Positions 29,106 to 39,707 of a stretch of DNA of 54,142 nucleotides are shown here, piece by piece. The position numbers and the translations under genes are program-made. This stretch comes from Alphaproteobacteria bacterium UBA3002. Its GTDB lineage: Bacteria; Pseudomonadota; Alphaproteobacteria; Rickettsiales; UBA3002. Position 1 is the stretch's first letter, and the number at the start of each line of letters is the position of its first letter. The notes under the pieces are model-generated. The model worked only from the letters and a program-made list of their open reading frames with translations. It was not told the origin of the DNA and ran no database searches. The DNA is taken from NCBI GenBank assembly GCA_002346425.1, contig DDZS01000063.1:1-54142 (forward strand). Reading direction: 5' to 3'.

Positions 29106-30245
29106 TCAGGAAAGCAAGACCATATCGTCGCGATGGATCGCCTCGCGCGGACCGACATAGCCAAGAATATGCTCAATCGCATCGGAATGTTTGCCGAGGA
29201 TACGGATCATGTCGATCGCATGGTAATTCGAAAGCCCACGCGCAATTTCTTCACCTTCCGGCGATACGACAGAGACGGTATCGCCGCGCTCGAACTCCCC
29301 GGAAACCCGGGTGATGCCTTTTGCAAGCAGGCTCCGTCCGGCCTCTAACGCGGTAACGGCTCCGGCATCGACGGTGATTTCCCCACGAATGGTAGCAGGA
29401 TTGGCAATCCAGTGTTTGCGCGCAGAAAGTGGGGTTTCGTGGCTGGTAAACCAGCTGAATTTGCCGCCTTCGGCGATGGCGCGGATCGGATGCTGGATCA
29501 AGCCCGGAGCAATCAGCATCTGGCACCCGGCGGTGGTGGCAATTTCGGCGGCCTGCAATTTGGTTTTCATGCCGCCGGAGGAACGGTGGTCTTTCGACTC
29601 GCCCGCCATTTCGTAGATGTCTTCGTTCAGCTCGCTGATTAGCGCGATATGTTGGGCATTTGGATCGGTTTTCGGATCCGCGGTGTACAGCCCATCAATA
29701 TCCGACAGCAGCACCAACAAATCTGCCCCGGCCATGGCTGAGACGCGCGCGGCTAGCCGGTCGTTATCGCCATAGCGAATTTCTTCTGTAGAAATCGAAT
29801 CATGTTCGTTAACGACGGGGATCACGCCGTAATCCAGCAGGGTGTCGATGGTGTCGCGCATGTTTAGGTAACGCCGACGATGCTCGGTATCATGCCCGGT
29901 AATTAGCAATTGTCCGATGCGTAACCCATGCTCGCCCAGCGCCCGTTGCCAAGCTTCAGCAAGCAAAATTTGACCACAGGCAGCGGCGGCCTGCTTTTCG
30001 GTAAGCGATAATTTGTGATGTTCAAAGGTAAGAACAGGACGCCCCAATGTGACGGCACCCGAGGAGACCAGAATGACTTGTTTGCCGCGCTTCACTAACT
30101 GCGCAATATCCTCTGCTAATGAGGCCACCCAAGTGTGATCGGCGATCTGGCCCTCTTCGTCAAACATCAGCAGGGAGCCGACCTTGATAACGATCCGCGT
30201 GGCTAAATCAAAGGGTTTCTGTGTCGTCTTCGCTTGTAATTCCAT
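29106..30245 (-). CDS. proB: Glutamate 5-kinase with PUA domain
   Basis: [35 protein letters not shown]-terminal PUA. Confidence 0.96.
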   Translation of the reverse strand: MELQAKTTQKPFDLATRIVIKVGSLLMFDEEGQIADHTWVASLAEDIAQLVKRGKQVILVSSGAVTLGRPVLTFEHHKLSLTEKQAAAACGQILLAEAWQRALGEHGLRIGQLLITGHDTEHRRRYLNMRDTIDTLLDYGVIPVVNEHDSISTEEIRYGDNDRLAARVSAMAGADLLVLLSDIDGLYTADPKTDPNAQHIALISELNEDIYEMAGESKDHRSSGGMKTKLQAAEIATTAGCQMLIAPGLIQHPIRAIAEGGKFSWFTSHETPLSARKHWIANPATIRGEITVDAGAVTALEAGRSLLAKGITRVSGEFERGDTVSVVSPEGEEIARGLSNYHAIDMIRILGKHSDAIEHILGYVGPREAIHRDDMVLLS

Positions 30246-31233
30246 GGTAGCAATCTATGGCGCTGCACAATAAACGCAAGACCGCATCGACATTTTCTCC
30301 ACTAACGGCGGAGATAACTTGCACCTCTTTGCCCGATGCATCGGCAAGCGCCTGTTGTTTTGCTGCAATTTCTTCTTCGTCCAGCGCGTCGCATTTATTT
30401 AAGGCCACCACTTCCGTTTTTTCCGCCAATGCGTCGTCATACGCCGCGATTTCGGTACGTACTGTGTGATAAGCGGCCGCGACATCGTCTTGTGTGCCAT
30501 CAATCAGATGCAGCAAGACACCACAGCGTTCGACATGGCCGAGAAAGCGTAAGCCTAGCCCAACGCCTTCGCTCGCGCCTTCAATTAGCCCCGGAATGTC
30601 GGCGAGCACGAATTCGCGTTCCTGAGCATAGACGACGCCGAGTTGCGGTTTTAATGTGGTAAACGGATAATCGGCGATTTTCGGTTTGGCGCGGGTAACG
30701 CGCGCTAGAAATGTTGATTTCCCAGCATTGGGCAGCCCGATAAGCCCGGCGTCCGATAGCAGCTTCAGACGTAGCCAGACCCACATTTCGTCGCCTTCTT
30801 CCCCTTTAGTAAACTGGCGCGGGGCCTGATTGGTCGAAGTTTTGAAATGCGCATTGCCCATGCCGCCTTTGCCGCCTTCGAGCAAGGTCAGGCGATCACC
30901 CACTTCCGTGAGGTCGGCGAGCAATTCTTCCCGGTCTTCGCTGATAATTTGCGTGCCAGCCGGCACTTTGATGATGAGGTCTTCCGCGCTCGCACCGGTA
31001 CGCAGCTGGCCCATGCCATGCACACCTTTTTTGGCTTTGAAATGCTGCTGATAGCGAAAGTCGATCAGTGTGTTCAGGCCATGCGCGCATTCAAAAATAA
31101 TGCTGCCGCCGCGGCCCCCATTGCCACCATTCGGCCCACCGAAGGGAATGTTTTTCTCGCGACGAAACGCTACGCAACCATCGCCACCGCCACCGCTTTT
31201 GATAAAAATTTTCGCTTCGTCGAGAAATTGCAT
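30208..31233 (-). CDS. obgE: GTPase ObgE
   Basis: [41 protein letters not shown]. Confidence 0.98.
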   Translation of the reverse strand: MQFLDEAKIFIKSGGGGDGCVAFRREKNIPFGGPNGGNGGRGGSIIFECAHGLNTLIDFRYQQHFKAKKGVHGMGQLRTGASAEDLIIKVPAGTQIISEDREELLADLTEVGDRLTLLEGGKGGMGNAHFKTSTNQAPRQFTKGEEGDEMWVWLRLKLLSDAGLIGLPNAGKSTFLARVTRAKPKIADYPFTTLKPQLGVVYAQEREFVLADIPGLIEGASEGVGLGLRFLGHVERCGVLLHLIDGTQDDVAAAYHTVRTEIAAYDDALAEKTEVVALNKCDALDEEEIAAKQQALADASGKEVQVISAVSGENVDAVLRLLCSAIDCYHGITSEDDTETL

Positions 31234-31241
31234 GATTTAAT

Positions 31242-31280
31242 AAAACAAAAGCGCGGCACACCGAAAAGCGTGCCGCGCTT
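31242..31280 (-). terminator. Putative intrinsic terminator between rpmA and obgE
   Basis: 11-bp stem AAGCGCGGCAC/GTGCCGCGCTT followed on - strand by TTGTTTT. Confidence 0.7.
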
Positions 31281-31301
31281 GGTTATGGTTGTTAAAAGCG
31301 C

Positions 31302-31565
31302 TTACGCCGCGTCGGCAGGAATTACGCTTACAAATTGACGATCGCCAGTGGTTTTGAAAAATTTCACATTGCCTTCGATCGTGGCGAACAGAGTATGGTC
31401 TTTGCCCATGCCCACATTTTCACCCGGGAAAATTTTCGTACCGCGCTGGCGCATGATGATGTTGCCGGGAATCACTTTTTCCCCGCCAAATTTTTTCACG
31501 CCTAAGCGGCGTCCGGCCGAGTCGCGTCCGTTGCGTGAACTACCACCTGCTTTTTTATGTGCCAT
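31302..31565 (-). CDS. rpmA: 50S ribosomal protein L27
   Basis: [24 protein letters not shown]. Confidence 0.99.
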   Translation of the reverse strand: MAHKKAGGSSRNGRDSAGRRLGVKKFGGEKVIPGNIIMRQRGTKIFPGENVGMGKDHTLFATIEGNVKFFKTTGDRQFVSVIPADAA

Positions 31566-31568
31566 GGC

Positions 31569-31994
31569 TTAGTCTTCCTTTTTAGCTGTTTTCTTAGCGG
31601 CAGGCTTCTTTGCTGCCGGTGTTGCGTCTGCGGCTTTTTTCTCAGCAGCTGGCGCGTCTTCCTTTTTTGCAGCGGCTTTTTTGCCTGATGCATTAATGCC
31701 GGTAATTCTGATTTTGGTCAGCATCTGACGGTGACCGATTTTACGACGGTAATTGTGACGGCGCTTCTTTTTAAACGCGATCACTTTGTCGCCGCGCGTT
31801 TGCTCGATAATTTCCGCGTCCACGCTGGCACCATCGACTAGCGGTGCGCCGAATTGCGGTTTATCGCCGCCTAAGCCCAATACATCGGACAGGCTGACTT
31901 TCGCGCCGGCATCGCCGTCAAGTTTCTCAACCGTCAGCGTATCGCCTTCGCTTACTTTATATTGCTTACCACCGGTTTTGATCACTGCATACAT
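31569..31994 (-). CDS. rplU: 50S ribosomal protein L21 with Lys/Ala-rich C-terminal extension
   Basis: [29 protein letters not shown]; start moved to ATG 31994. Confidence 0.98.
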   Translation of the reverse strand: MYAVIKTGGKQYKVSEGDTLTVEKLDGDAGAKVSLSDVLGLGGDKPQFGAPLVDGASVDAEIIEQTRGDKVIAFKKKRRHNYRRKIGHRQMLTKIRITGINASGKKAAAKKEDAPAAEKKAADATPAAKKPAAKKTAKKED

Positions 31995-32020
31995 GTTCTT
32001 ATTCTCCAAATAGGAGCGGC

Positions 32021-32048
32021 AAAATAGCGCCTGAGGGCATAAAGTCAA
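32021..32048 (-). promoter_or_regulatory. Putative sigma70 promoter of rplU-rpmA
   Basis: TTGACT-N16-TATTTT. Confidence 0.5.
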
Positions 32049-32071
32049 GTAGGTTCTGGCAAGAAAAGCGA

Positions 32072-33565
32072 CTATTCTTCGAAGATTGGCAGATAAACGG
32101 TAAAGGTCGAACCTTCGCCTTCGATAGAATCAACCGTAATAGCGCCGCGGTGACGCACGACGATACCTTTCACGATTGCCAAGCCCAGCCCCGTCCCGCC
32201 GACTTCGCGCGTGCGGGCAGAATCAACGCGGTAGAAACGTTCCATCAGCCGTGGCAGGTGTTGGCGGGGAATGCCTTCGCCCTGATCGGAGATGGCGATC
32301 ATCACCACCCGTTGCAGGTTGCGCATTTTGATATCCGAGGGCAATTCAGACGTGATTTTGGCTTTCAACTGCACATCGCTATTGGCATAGCCGTATTTAA
32401 TTGCGTTGCTGAGCAGGTTATAGACCACTTGCCGTAATTCATTGGCATCGCCTTTGACCAGCGGCAGATTGTCGTGAATATCCATCACCACACGCATGTT
32501 TTTGGCTTCCGCATTATGCCCCAGATCAGACGCAGTTTTACGGATCAGCTTGCTCATATCCACCGGATCGATTGGCACCGCATTGGCGTTCATTTCGATT
32601 TTCGATAGCGATAACAGATCGTTAATCAACTGCTGCATACGGTCCGCCTGATCGAGCATGATATTGAGGAACTCCTCACGCGCCTGTGCATCGTCTTTCG
32701 CGGGGCCGATCAGCGTTTCGATAAAGCCCTTGATACTGGCGAGGGGTGTGCGAATTTCATGGCTGGCATTCGCGACGAAATCGGCGCGCATTTGCTCAAC
32801 GCTTTTGAGTTCGGTAATGTCGTTCATGGTAATCACCGTCGAAATACCACCGGCGGAGGGAACGGGGAACCGCTCAATAATCGCCAGAAAATCGCGCAGG
32901 ACAGGCTCTTGAATCCGAAATTCCAGTTCCCGGCCCTTTAAATCCTGAATGACCGAGGTTACCGCATCCATCAGCACATCATTTTGGATCACGTCGCGTA
33001 ATTGCTTCTTAGCGAGATTCTGCCCAAAAATCGCCCGCGCGGCGCGATTGGTTCGCACGACCTGTTTATTATCATTCACCATGATCAGAATGTCAGGCAA
33101 CGTATCGACCAAAATCTCCCGCTCGGTAATGATACTTTCCATCTGCTGCTTTTTGATTTCCCAGCTGCGCTGCAAATGCTCCAAAGCGTGGCTTAGGTCG
33201 AAGGGGGCGTTAAGATAACGCAGTTTCGGCGCTTGCACGCGTTTGTCCTGCGCCAGCTCATCGACATAATCGGTCAGCGCCGACAGGTTGGCGAGAAACG
33301 GATACACAAATATCGCTGTGGCGAGCACGATGACAAACCATCCATACAACATATGCGAGAGACTCAACACGCCAAAAACAACAAACAGGCTCAATACGAG
33401 AAGAGATGGAATGGTTAATAACCCGACAGCTTTAAGCAAAGCGCTTGCTGCGACATTATAGCGGGTTTTTATTTTTTTGGTTTCAGCCACCCGGGCATCA
33501 TGCCGCCCGACGCGATGGATGTCAAAGCGGACTTGCGCTTTTGCTGCGGCTTTGATAGTGGACAT
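32072..33565 (-). CDS. phoR: Phosphate regulon sensor histidine kinase (2 TM, PAS, HisKA, HATPase)
   Basis: [53 protein letters not shown]. Confidence 0.88.
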   Translation of the reverse strand: MSTIKAAAKAQVRFDIHRVGRHDARVAETKKIKTRYNVAASALLKAVGLLTIPSLLVLSLFVVFGVLSLSHMLYGWFVIVLATAIFVYPFLANLSALTDYVDELAQDKRVQAPKLRYLNAPFDLSHALEHLQRSWEIKKQQMESIITEREILVDTLPDILIMVNDNKQVVRTNRAARAIFGQNLAKKQLRDVIQNDVLMDAVTSVIQDLKGRELEFRIQEPVLRDFLAIIERFPVPSAGGISTVITMNDITELKSVEQMRADFVANASHEIRTPLASIKGFIETLIGPAKDDAQAREEFLNIMLDQADRMQQLINDLLSLSKIEMNANAVPIDPVDMSKLIRKTASDLGHNAEAKNMRVVMDIHDNLPLVKGDANELRQVVYNLLSNAIKYGYANSDVQLKAKITSELPSDIKMRNLQRVVMIAISDQGEGIPRQHLPRLMERFYRVDSARTREVGGTGLGLAIVKGIVVRHRGAITVDSIEGEGSTFTVYLPIFEE

Positions 33566-33589
33566 GGCAAATCATGTGGGGATGGGGAA

Positions 33590-34522
33590 ATGGATCCACA
33601 ATTTTTAATCGCCTGGGCGGGATTTTTTATCGCGACCTATTCTGTGATGGCCAATGATGCACCCGCACAGGTGCTCGGAACGCTGATTGCGTCGCATCCG
33701 AATAAGAAATGGATCTTGTGGCTCGGTGCGTCGATTATTCTTCTGGCTGCGCTGATCTTCTCTTGGACGAATTACAATGGCGATATTTCCTTTGGCCGCT
33801 TAGAGCGCATTCCTCCTGTCGATAATCTAACGTGGGTCTATCTAATTCCGCCGTTGGGACTATTAGTGCTGACGCGCTTCGGTGCGCCGGTATCGACCAG
33901 TTTCATCATGTTATCGATGTTTACCGCATCCGTGGTGCTCGAAAAAATCATGCTGAAATCGATGTTCGGCTATTTTCTTGCGTTGGTGATCGGGCTGTTG
34001 GTCTGGGTGGTGCTGGTCCGGGTGCCGTGGAAAGGCGGGCCGGCGAATATGAAACTCTGGCGGCCGTTGCAATATATTTCGACTGGAACACTATGGTGGT
34101 TCTGGCTTAGCCATGACATCGCCAATGTCGCCGTTTTCCTGCCGCGTCAGCTCAATGAAATTGAATTTGCCGTGATTTGCGTCACGATGGTCCTTTCCCT
34201 CGGATTAATCTTCCGTTCCTCCGGTGGGGCGGTGCATAAATTCATCTTCCGCGATGAAGGCAATGATATGGATATCCGTATCGCGACCCTGATCGACGCG
34301 CTCTATGCGCTGATGTTATTTGTGTTTAAAGAGTGGAATAATTTGCCAATGAGCACGACCTGGGTATTCGTCGGCTTGATGGCGGGGCGTGAAATTGGCC
34401 GCGCGGTTGGGCGTCAACGATTGCGTCCGGCGCTTCAGATCGTTGCAACGCGCTTTGCGGTGCTGGTCATCGGCGCGGTTGTTTCATTCGGACTGGTTAT
34501 GGTGGTATTGGCCACGAAATAG
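33590..34522 (+). CDS. Multi-pass membrane protein, distant PiT (phosphate/sulfate permease)-like
   Basis: About ten hydrophobic segments; YSVMANDA and WLSHDIAN resemble the two PiT signatures; PVSTSF and PMSTTWVFVGL repeats; start set at ATG 33590. Confidence 0.6.
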   Translation: MDPQFLIAWAGFFIATYSVMANDAPAQVLGTLIASHPNKKWILWLGASIILLAALIFSWTNYNGDISFGRLERIPPVDNLTWVYLIPPLGLLVLTRFGAPVSTSFIMLSMFTASVVLEKIMLKSMFGYFLALVIGLLVWVVLVRVPWKGGPANMKLWRPLQYISTGTLWWFWLSHDIANVAVFLPRQLNEIEFAVICVTMVLSLGLIFRSSGGAVHKFIFRDEGNDMDIRIATLIDALYALMLFVFKEWNNLPMSTTWVFVGLMAGREIGRAVGRQRLRPALQIVATRFAVLVIGAVVSFGLVMVVLATK

Positions 34523-34558
34523 CTTGCCGATACAACGGCTTTCCCGCATAGATGGGCC

Positions 34559-35029
34559 ATGCCATTTACTCAACACGATGAACGTCGCGTTAGCATTCGC
34601 TTACTGCAATATTGGAACCGCTTGCGGGGGGATCGGCCCTACCCATCGGAAAACGATATCGATCCGGACGCATTAGTAGGATTATGGGATTATTGTTTTC
34701 TGGTGCAGCTTCGCGACATTCATATGGTGGCCGATTATAATTATACCTATTTTGGCAATGAATTAATTCATGGGTATGAGCATGGCGTGCTGGATTCCGC
34801 GAATGGTATGATGGCTTGCCCGGATGCCAATGCGCTGCATCAAAAATTTGTGAGCGTTATTGAAACACGTGCCCCGATGATGGAGCAGGACGAATATGAG
34901 AATGCGGCAGGGAATAAGGTGCAATTCCGCCAATCACTGATGCCCTTGGGCGATGAAACTGGCATCTATTCAATTATTGGTGCAGTGAATTGGCGAATTA
35001 TCAAAGCAAAAGCGTCTGATGCGGCATAA
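34559..35029 (+). CDS. Stand-alone PAS-like domain protein (PAS_5 type)
   Basis: LLQYWNRLRGDRPYPS..DIDP..L N-terminus; R..LMPL. Confidence 0.75.
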   Translation: MPFTQHDERRVSIRLLQYWNRLRGDRPYPSENDIDPDALVGLWDYCFLVQLRDIHMVADYNYTYFGNELIHGYEHGVLDSANGMMACPDANALHQKFVSVIETRAPMMEQDEYENAAGNKVQFRQSLMPLGDETGIYSIIGAVNWRIIKAKASDAA

Positions 35030-35035
35030 AACCCG

Positions 35036-35064
35036 TTGACACCCCCCATACCATTGACTATACA
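35036..35064 (+). promoter_or_regulatory. Putative sigma70 promoter of rplM-rpsI
   Basis: TTGACA-N17-TATACA. Confidence 0.7.
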
Positions 35065-35089
35065 ACGCCTTCCAAAAAGGGATAAAGCA

Positions 35090-35548
35090 ATGAAAACAGT
35101 ATCGGCAAAACCGGCAGATGTGACCCGCGACTGGTGGGTAATCGACGCAGAAGATGTAGTGTTGGGGCGGATGGCCTCGCATGTCGCGAAACTGCTGCGC
35201 GGTAAACATAAACCGTCCTTTACTCCGCATATCGATTGCGGCGATCACGTAGTGATTATTAACGCAGATAAAGTGAAGCTGACGGGTAAAAAACGCGGCG
35301 ACAAAACTTATTTCTGGCACACTGGCTATCCGGGCGGGATTAAATCACGCACGGCAGAAGCGGTGCTGACGGGCCAACATCCGGAACGCGTCGTCATGAA
35401 AGCGATTGAGCGCATGGTGCCGAAAGGCCCGCTGGGCCGCCAACAATTGACTAAACTGCGCGTTTACGCCGGTGCTGAGCACCCGCATGATGCGCAACAG
35501 CCGCAAGTATTAGATTTCGCGGCCATGAATCCTAAAAACAAACGCTAA
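35090..35548 (+). CDS. rplM: 50S ribosomal protein L13
   Basis: [37 protein letters not shown]; start moved to ATG 35090. Confidence 0.98.
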   Translation: MKTVSAKPADVTRDWWVIDAEDVVLGRMASHVAKLLRGKHKPSFTPHIDCGDHVVIINADKVKLTGKKRGDKTYFWHTGYPGGIKSRTAEAVLTGQHPERVVMKAIERMVPKGPLGRQQLTKLRVYAGAEHPHDAQQPQVLDFAAMNPKNKR

Positions 35549-35566
35549 AAATAACGGTAAGTTTCC

Positions 35567-36034
35567 ATGATCGATATCGCGACAGCAAAAGCAACCACCC
35601 AATCTAGCGAAGAAGAGGCCCCACGGGAGCCGAAGCTCGACAAATTTGGCCGTGCCTATGGCACCGGTCGCCGTAAAGATTCTGTGGCGCGCGTATGGAT
35701 CAAGCCGGGTAGCGGCAAAATCACGGTCAATGGCCGCGAAGTGGAAACCTATTTTGCGCGTCCCACCCTGCGCATGGTCATCAATCAGCCATTCGATGCG
35801 TTGGATCAGAAAAATAAATTCGACGTGATCTGCACCGTTAAAGGTGGCGGACTGTCTGGTCAGGCCGGTGCCGTACGTCACGGAATCAGCCGCGCGCTGG
35901 ATAATTATTCTCCGAGCGAATATCACAAAATTCTGCGTAAAGGCGGCTTCCTGACACGCGATAGCCGTGTGGTGGAACGTAAGAAATACGGTCGCGCGAA
36001 AGCACGCCGTAGCTTCCAGTTCTCGAAGCGTTAA
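35567..36034 (+). CDS. rpsI: 30S ribosomal protein S9
   Basis: [49 protein letters not shown]. Confidence 0.99.
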   Translation: MIDIATAKATTQSSEEEAPREPKLDKFGRAYGTGRRKDSVARVWIKPGSGKITVNGREVETYFARPTLRMVINQPFDALDQKNKFDVICTVKGGGLSGQAGAVRHGISRALDNYSPSEYHKILRKGGFLTRDSRVVERKKYGRAKARRSFQFSKR

Positions 36035-36053
36035 TCGCAAGACGATCCGATTC

Positions 36054-36084
36054 AAAAAAGGCTCGCCATGCGCGGGCCTTTTTT
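36054..36084 (+). terminator. Intrinsic terminator after rpsI
   Basis: A6-GGCTCGC-loop-GCGGGCC-T6. Confidence 0.85.
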
Positions 36085-36120
36085 ATTTCTCCCATAGGCA
36101 AAATAGGATAAAACCACATC

Positions 36121-37146
36121 ATGACCATCAACATCGCCGTGTTAGGTGCCAGCGGCTATACGGGCGCCGAATTGTTACGTTTGCTCGCGCAGCATCCCGA
36201 AGCCAACGTCACAGCGCTGAGCGCCGAGAGTCAAGCTGGCAAACGCTTGGCAGAGGTGTTTCCGCATTTATCCGTGCTGGATGCTCCACTGGTGAAAATC
36301 GACGCGATCGATTTTTCCACGATTGATCTGGTCTTCTGCTGTTTGCCGCATGGAACAACGCAACCGGTGCTTGCCGGTTTGCCGGACTCGGTTAAGATTA
36401 TCGATTTATCGGCTGATTTTCGCTTGTTTAACCCGCAAGCCTATGCGGATTGGTATGGCCATGCGCATCAAGCCGAAGCGTTGCAAACCCAAGCTGTGTA
36501 CGGGTTAAGTGAATGGCATCGTGAGGCGATTACCACCTCGCGATTGATCGCCAATCCCGGCTGCTATCCCACGTGTGTGTTAACGGCCATATTGCCGCTG
36601 ATTAAAGCCGGATTGGTCGATCCCCAACGCTTGATAATCGATGCCATGTCGGGCGTCAGCGGGGCAGGCCGCAAAGCCTCGATCGATACCAATTACTGCG
36701 AGATTAACGAAAGCTTTAAAGCTTACGGTGTCGGGGGACATCGGCATGTCGCAGAAATGGAGCAGGAAGTCGCCGCGGTGGCGGGGCTAGATGCGTGCCC
36801 GATCAGTTTCACCGCGCATCTGGTGCCGATGACGCGGGGGATGCAGGCAACCATTCACACGCATGTCGATGAGGATGCGAGCGTGTTGCTCGCCTGCTTG
36901 AAAGACCATTACGCGAAAGAGCCTTTTGTGACAGTGTGCGATCATATTCCCGCAACGTCCGAGGTCCGGGGCAGCAATCATTGCCGCATCACGGTAAAAA
37001 ATGACCGGCGCAGCGGCAAGGCCATTATCATTTCGGTGATCGATAACTTGTTGAAAGGGGCTTCCGGTCAGGCGGTTCAGAATATGAATATCCGTTATGG
37101 CTTCAAGGAAACGACCGCCTTGGAAGGGCTTGCTGTTCTGCCATGA
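36121..37146 (+). CDS. argC: N-acetyl-gamma-glutamyl-phosphate reductase
   Basis: GASGYTG, CLPHG, DLSADFRL, IANPGCYPT, DNLLKGASGQAVQN. Confidence 0.97.
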   Translation: MTINIAVLGASGYTGAELLRLLAQHPEANVTALSAESQAGKRLAEVFPHLSVLDAPLVKIDAIDFSTIDLVFCCLPHGTTQPVLAGLPDSVKIIDLSADFRLFNPQAYADWYGHAHQAEALQTQAVYGLSEWHREAITTSRLIANPGCYPTCVLTAILPLIKAGLVDPQRLIIDAMSGVSGAGRKASIDTNYCEINESFKAYGVGGHRHVAEMEQEVAAVAGLDACPISFTAHLVPMTRGMQATIHTHVDEDASVLLACLKDHYAKEPFVTVCDHIPATSEVRGSNHCRITVKNDRRSGKAIIISVIDNLLKGASGQAVQNMNIRYGFKETTALEGLAVLP

Positions 37147-37679
37147 TCGATCCGGCGGCGATTATCCGGCCGTTTGAGGGCCACCACCCGGATATCCATC
37201 CCGAAGCATGGATTGGCCCGGGGGCCGTCGTCATTGGCAAGGTCAGCATCGGAAAAGACAGCAATATTTGGCCGAATTGTGTAATTCGCGGCGATGTGCA
37301 GACGATTACAATCGGCGAGGCAACCAATATTCAGGACGGCACGGTCATTCACGTCACGCGCGATACCGGACCTACGCGCATTGGTTCGGGGATCACGGTG
37401 GGCCATCAGGCCATTTTGCATGCTTGTACGTTGGAAGATGACTGCTTTGTTGGGATGCACGCGACGGTGATGGACGATGCCGTAGTCCATACTGGCGGTA
37501 TGTTGGCAGCGGGAGCATTGCTAACCCCCGGGAAACAGGTGGAAAAGCATCAATTATGGGCTGGGTCTCCTGCCAAATTCTTCCGAGATATGACGCAAGC
37601 GGAAATTGACTGGATTTCTGGCTCCGCGGCGCATTATGTGAAACTCGCTAAACGCCACGAAAATCCTAAAAATTCATAG
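37143..37679 (+). CDS. Gamma carbonic anhydrase family hexapeptide-repeat protein
   Basis: VIRGDV, TNIQDG.VIH, VGHQAILHAC, WAGSPAKF.R. Confidence 0.93.
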   Translation: MIDPAAIIRPFEGHHPDIHPEAWIGPGAVVIGKVSIGKDSNIWPNCVIRGDVQTITIGEATNIQDGTVIHVTRDTGPTRIGSGITVGHQAILHACTLEDDCFVGMHATVMDDAVVHTGGMLAAGALLTPGKQVEKHQLWAGSPAKFFRDMTQAEIDWISGSAAHYVKLAKRHENPKNS

Positions 37680-37720
37680 AACTGTCATCTTTCTCTCCTT
37701 CGATTCCGCTATACTGGAAA

Positions 37721-39073
37721 ATGAAAGAAACTATGGCAGACACACAAGCACATGCACCGCGCCGATTTTTAGGCTTTAAGCTTCCCACCTGGGAAGATGC
37801 GGTCGACTTTGTGCCGAACGCGATTAACTTCCTGAAGAACCAAGCGATCTATACGGGTGGCCGCCTGCTCACCTATGCAGGTATCTTAGGCGCTGCGTGG
37901 TTTATGAATATTGGGGTTGGGGCCGCTTCTGGGTTTGCGCCGGTCATCATCGGGGGCGTGTTAATCGCCGCATCCGCAGGGTTAAGCGCGTTCAAGCATT
38001 ATCGCAACGAGCGTTTCTACGAACAGCGGATGATCAATGTCTTCCGCGATGAAGTCGGCACATTGCTGGGCAAAGACCCGGCAATCATTACGGTAAAAGA
38101 CCTCGAAGTCGTCGCGCAGGGTAATTATAACAAAGGTATCAAGCCGAACCCGGTCATCAAGCAAGCGCTTGAAAAAAATGGGCAGAAGCATTTATTACAT
38201 TTTGTCACAACGGCCTTTGCCGCGGTTACGGTGTTCTCGCTGATTTCGCTAACCGGCATTGGTATTCCCGAAATGGTCGATCAGGTTAAATCGACATTGC
38301 TAGGCAGTGAAGCAACCCTAGGCGCCGCCAGCAGTGCCTTTAGCGGTTTCTTGCAAGAATGGGCCGCTATTTCGACCATCGGTCTGGCGATTGGTACGGT
38401 GGTGAGCGCCGTCAACCAGGTGCTCGATTATGCAGGTGAGCGCGTCTTTGGTATTCAGCATAAATCCGCCTATGAGCTGATCAGCGAAATTAGTACGGAA
38501 GTGAATCGCGGGCGTAGCGTCTCTAAAGAAAAAGTGTTCGAAGTGTTTGTCGCGGCCGACCCGTCTCTGGCCTATGCCATCGAAGAGCGTTTCGGCGTAT
38601 CCTATCATGATATGACGATAGAGGAGCAACATCAGGCGATGCTGGATTATGGTGACCCCAGAGAAATCGCAACCGCCACGCAGGAAGTCAATGGACGCCA
38701 TATTCAACCCGAAGAATTGGCATTTGTCGCAGTAGGCCAGCATTCGGGTATCCCGCGTGTCGATAATCCGGGTGAACCTAACCGGCAGGAGCCCAAAGGC
38801 GTGCAACAGGTTTTCGATAAAGTGAAAGAAGAATTTGGGATTGGCGATAAAAGCGGCGGGATTGAGAAAGAGACGCAGGATTCGATTCGTAACGCCTATC
38901 GCAGCGATGTCGCTAACGACAATATCCCCGGTTTTGCAGAGCGTTTTGCCCCGCGCGAGCAGGACACTCGCAGCCATGTCGAGAAGTTAGGTAAAGCCAC
39001 CCCGCTAGCCACGCTATTAGAACGTGAGCTGGCAAAAGCGCAAGCGTCTAAAGGTGATGAACCGCAGCGCTAA
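37721..39073 (+). CDS. Hypothetical membrane protein, 450 aa, 3-4 TM segments
   Basis: Long ORF filling the gap between gamma-CA and a bidirectional terminator; no family recognised. Confidence 0.8.
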   Translation: MKETMADTQAHAPRRFLGFKLPTWEDAVDFVPNAINFLKNQAIYTGGRLLTYAGILGAAWFMNIGVGAASGFAPVIIGGVLIAASAGLSAFKHYRNERFYEQRMINVFRDEVGTLLGKDPAIITVKDLEVVAQGNYNKGIKPNPVIKQALEKNGQKHLLHFVTTAFAAVTVFSLISLTGIGIPEMVDQVKSTLLGSEATLGAASSAFSGFLQEWAAISTIGLAIGTVVSAVNQVLDYAGERVFGIQHKSAYELISEISTEVNRGRSVSKEKVFEVFVAADPSLAYAIEERFGVSYHDMTIEEQHQAMLDYGDPREIATATQEVNGRHIQPEELAFVAVGQHSGIPRVDNPGEPNRQEPKGVQQVFDKVKEEFGIGDKSGGIEKETQDSIRNAYRSDVANDNIPGFAERFAPREQDTRSHVEKLGKATPLATLLERELAKAQASKGDEPQR

Positions 39074-39102
39074 GCTTCATAAATAATCGTGATATCTAGG
39101 TA

Positions 39103-39133
39103 TAAAAAAAAGGGGATCCGAAGATCCCCTTTT
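39103..39133. terminator. Bidirectional intrinsic terminator
   Basis: A-tract-GGGGATC-CGAA-GATCCCC-T-tract between convergent genes. Confidence 0.9.
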
Positions 39134-39158
39134 ACGTAATCGTTATGACTTCGCCAGA

Positions 39159-39707
39159 TTATTGCGCGAAGTTGATTTCGATTTCAACGCGACGGTCGCG
39201 CCACAGGCACGCACGCAGTTGGTTGCCTTCCATGCCTTCGCAATTAGAGACAGACATTTCTTCACCGAATGAACGTACATCGGTGTTACGCGTGCTGACT
39301 CCACGCGCCGCCAGGTAGTTTTCTACCGAACGTGCACGGCGTTGTGACAGGCCGTAGTTATAAGAAGACGTACCGATACGGTCCGCGTAACCAACGATGC
39401 TTACAGATTCAACAGTATCAGACATAGAGATCGCATCTACCAGTGAATCCAGCTTCGCTTTTGCAGCCGGTGTCAGTTCAGATTTATCAAAGTCGAAATA
39501 CACAGTGCGGGCTTCGTTGCCAATGGCTGCACATTTGTCAGCGCCGGCTTCCCACTTGGTGCGTACGCAGTTACCGAACGTGTTGACCAAAACTTCACCA
39601 TGCTTGTCGGTTACGACGTCGCGTGAATCAACCATGGCAGCTTGCGCAGAAGCCGCTGCTGCAGCAAACGCCATAGCAGCCAGCGAATGTTTAACAAAGG
39701 TTTTCAT
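39159..39707 (-). CDS. OmpA-family peptidoglycan-binding protein, RmpM-like
   Basis: Signal peptide AQA; VYFDFDKS.L, GYADRIG...YN..LSQRRA.SV..YL, RDRRVEI; four Cys; start moved to ATG 39707. Confidence 0.92.
   Translation of the reverse strand: MKTFVKHSLAAMAFAAAAASAQAAMVDSRDVVTDKHGEVLVNTFGNCVRTKWEAGADKCAAIGNEARTVYFDFDKSELTPAAKAKLDSLVDAISMSDTVESVSIVGYADRIGTSSYNYGLSQRRARSVENYLAARGVSTRNTDVRSFGEEMSVSNCEGMEGNQLRACLWRDRRVEIEINFAQ

Noticed and set aside
33555-33590. Pho box between phoR and the PiT-like gene
   Set aside because: Candidate half-sites (TGGACAT, AAATCAT) are poor matches to CTGTCAT and are 10 rather than 11 nt apart
35510-36055. 181-aa ORF antisense to rpsI, and similar long antisense ORFs (14845-15324, 18875-19381, 19519-20055, 30847-31338, 38318-38977)
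   Set aside because: They lie wholly opposite well-supported genes, have no recognisable motifs and are expected shadows of codon bias in GC-rich DNA
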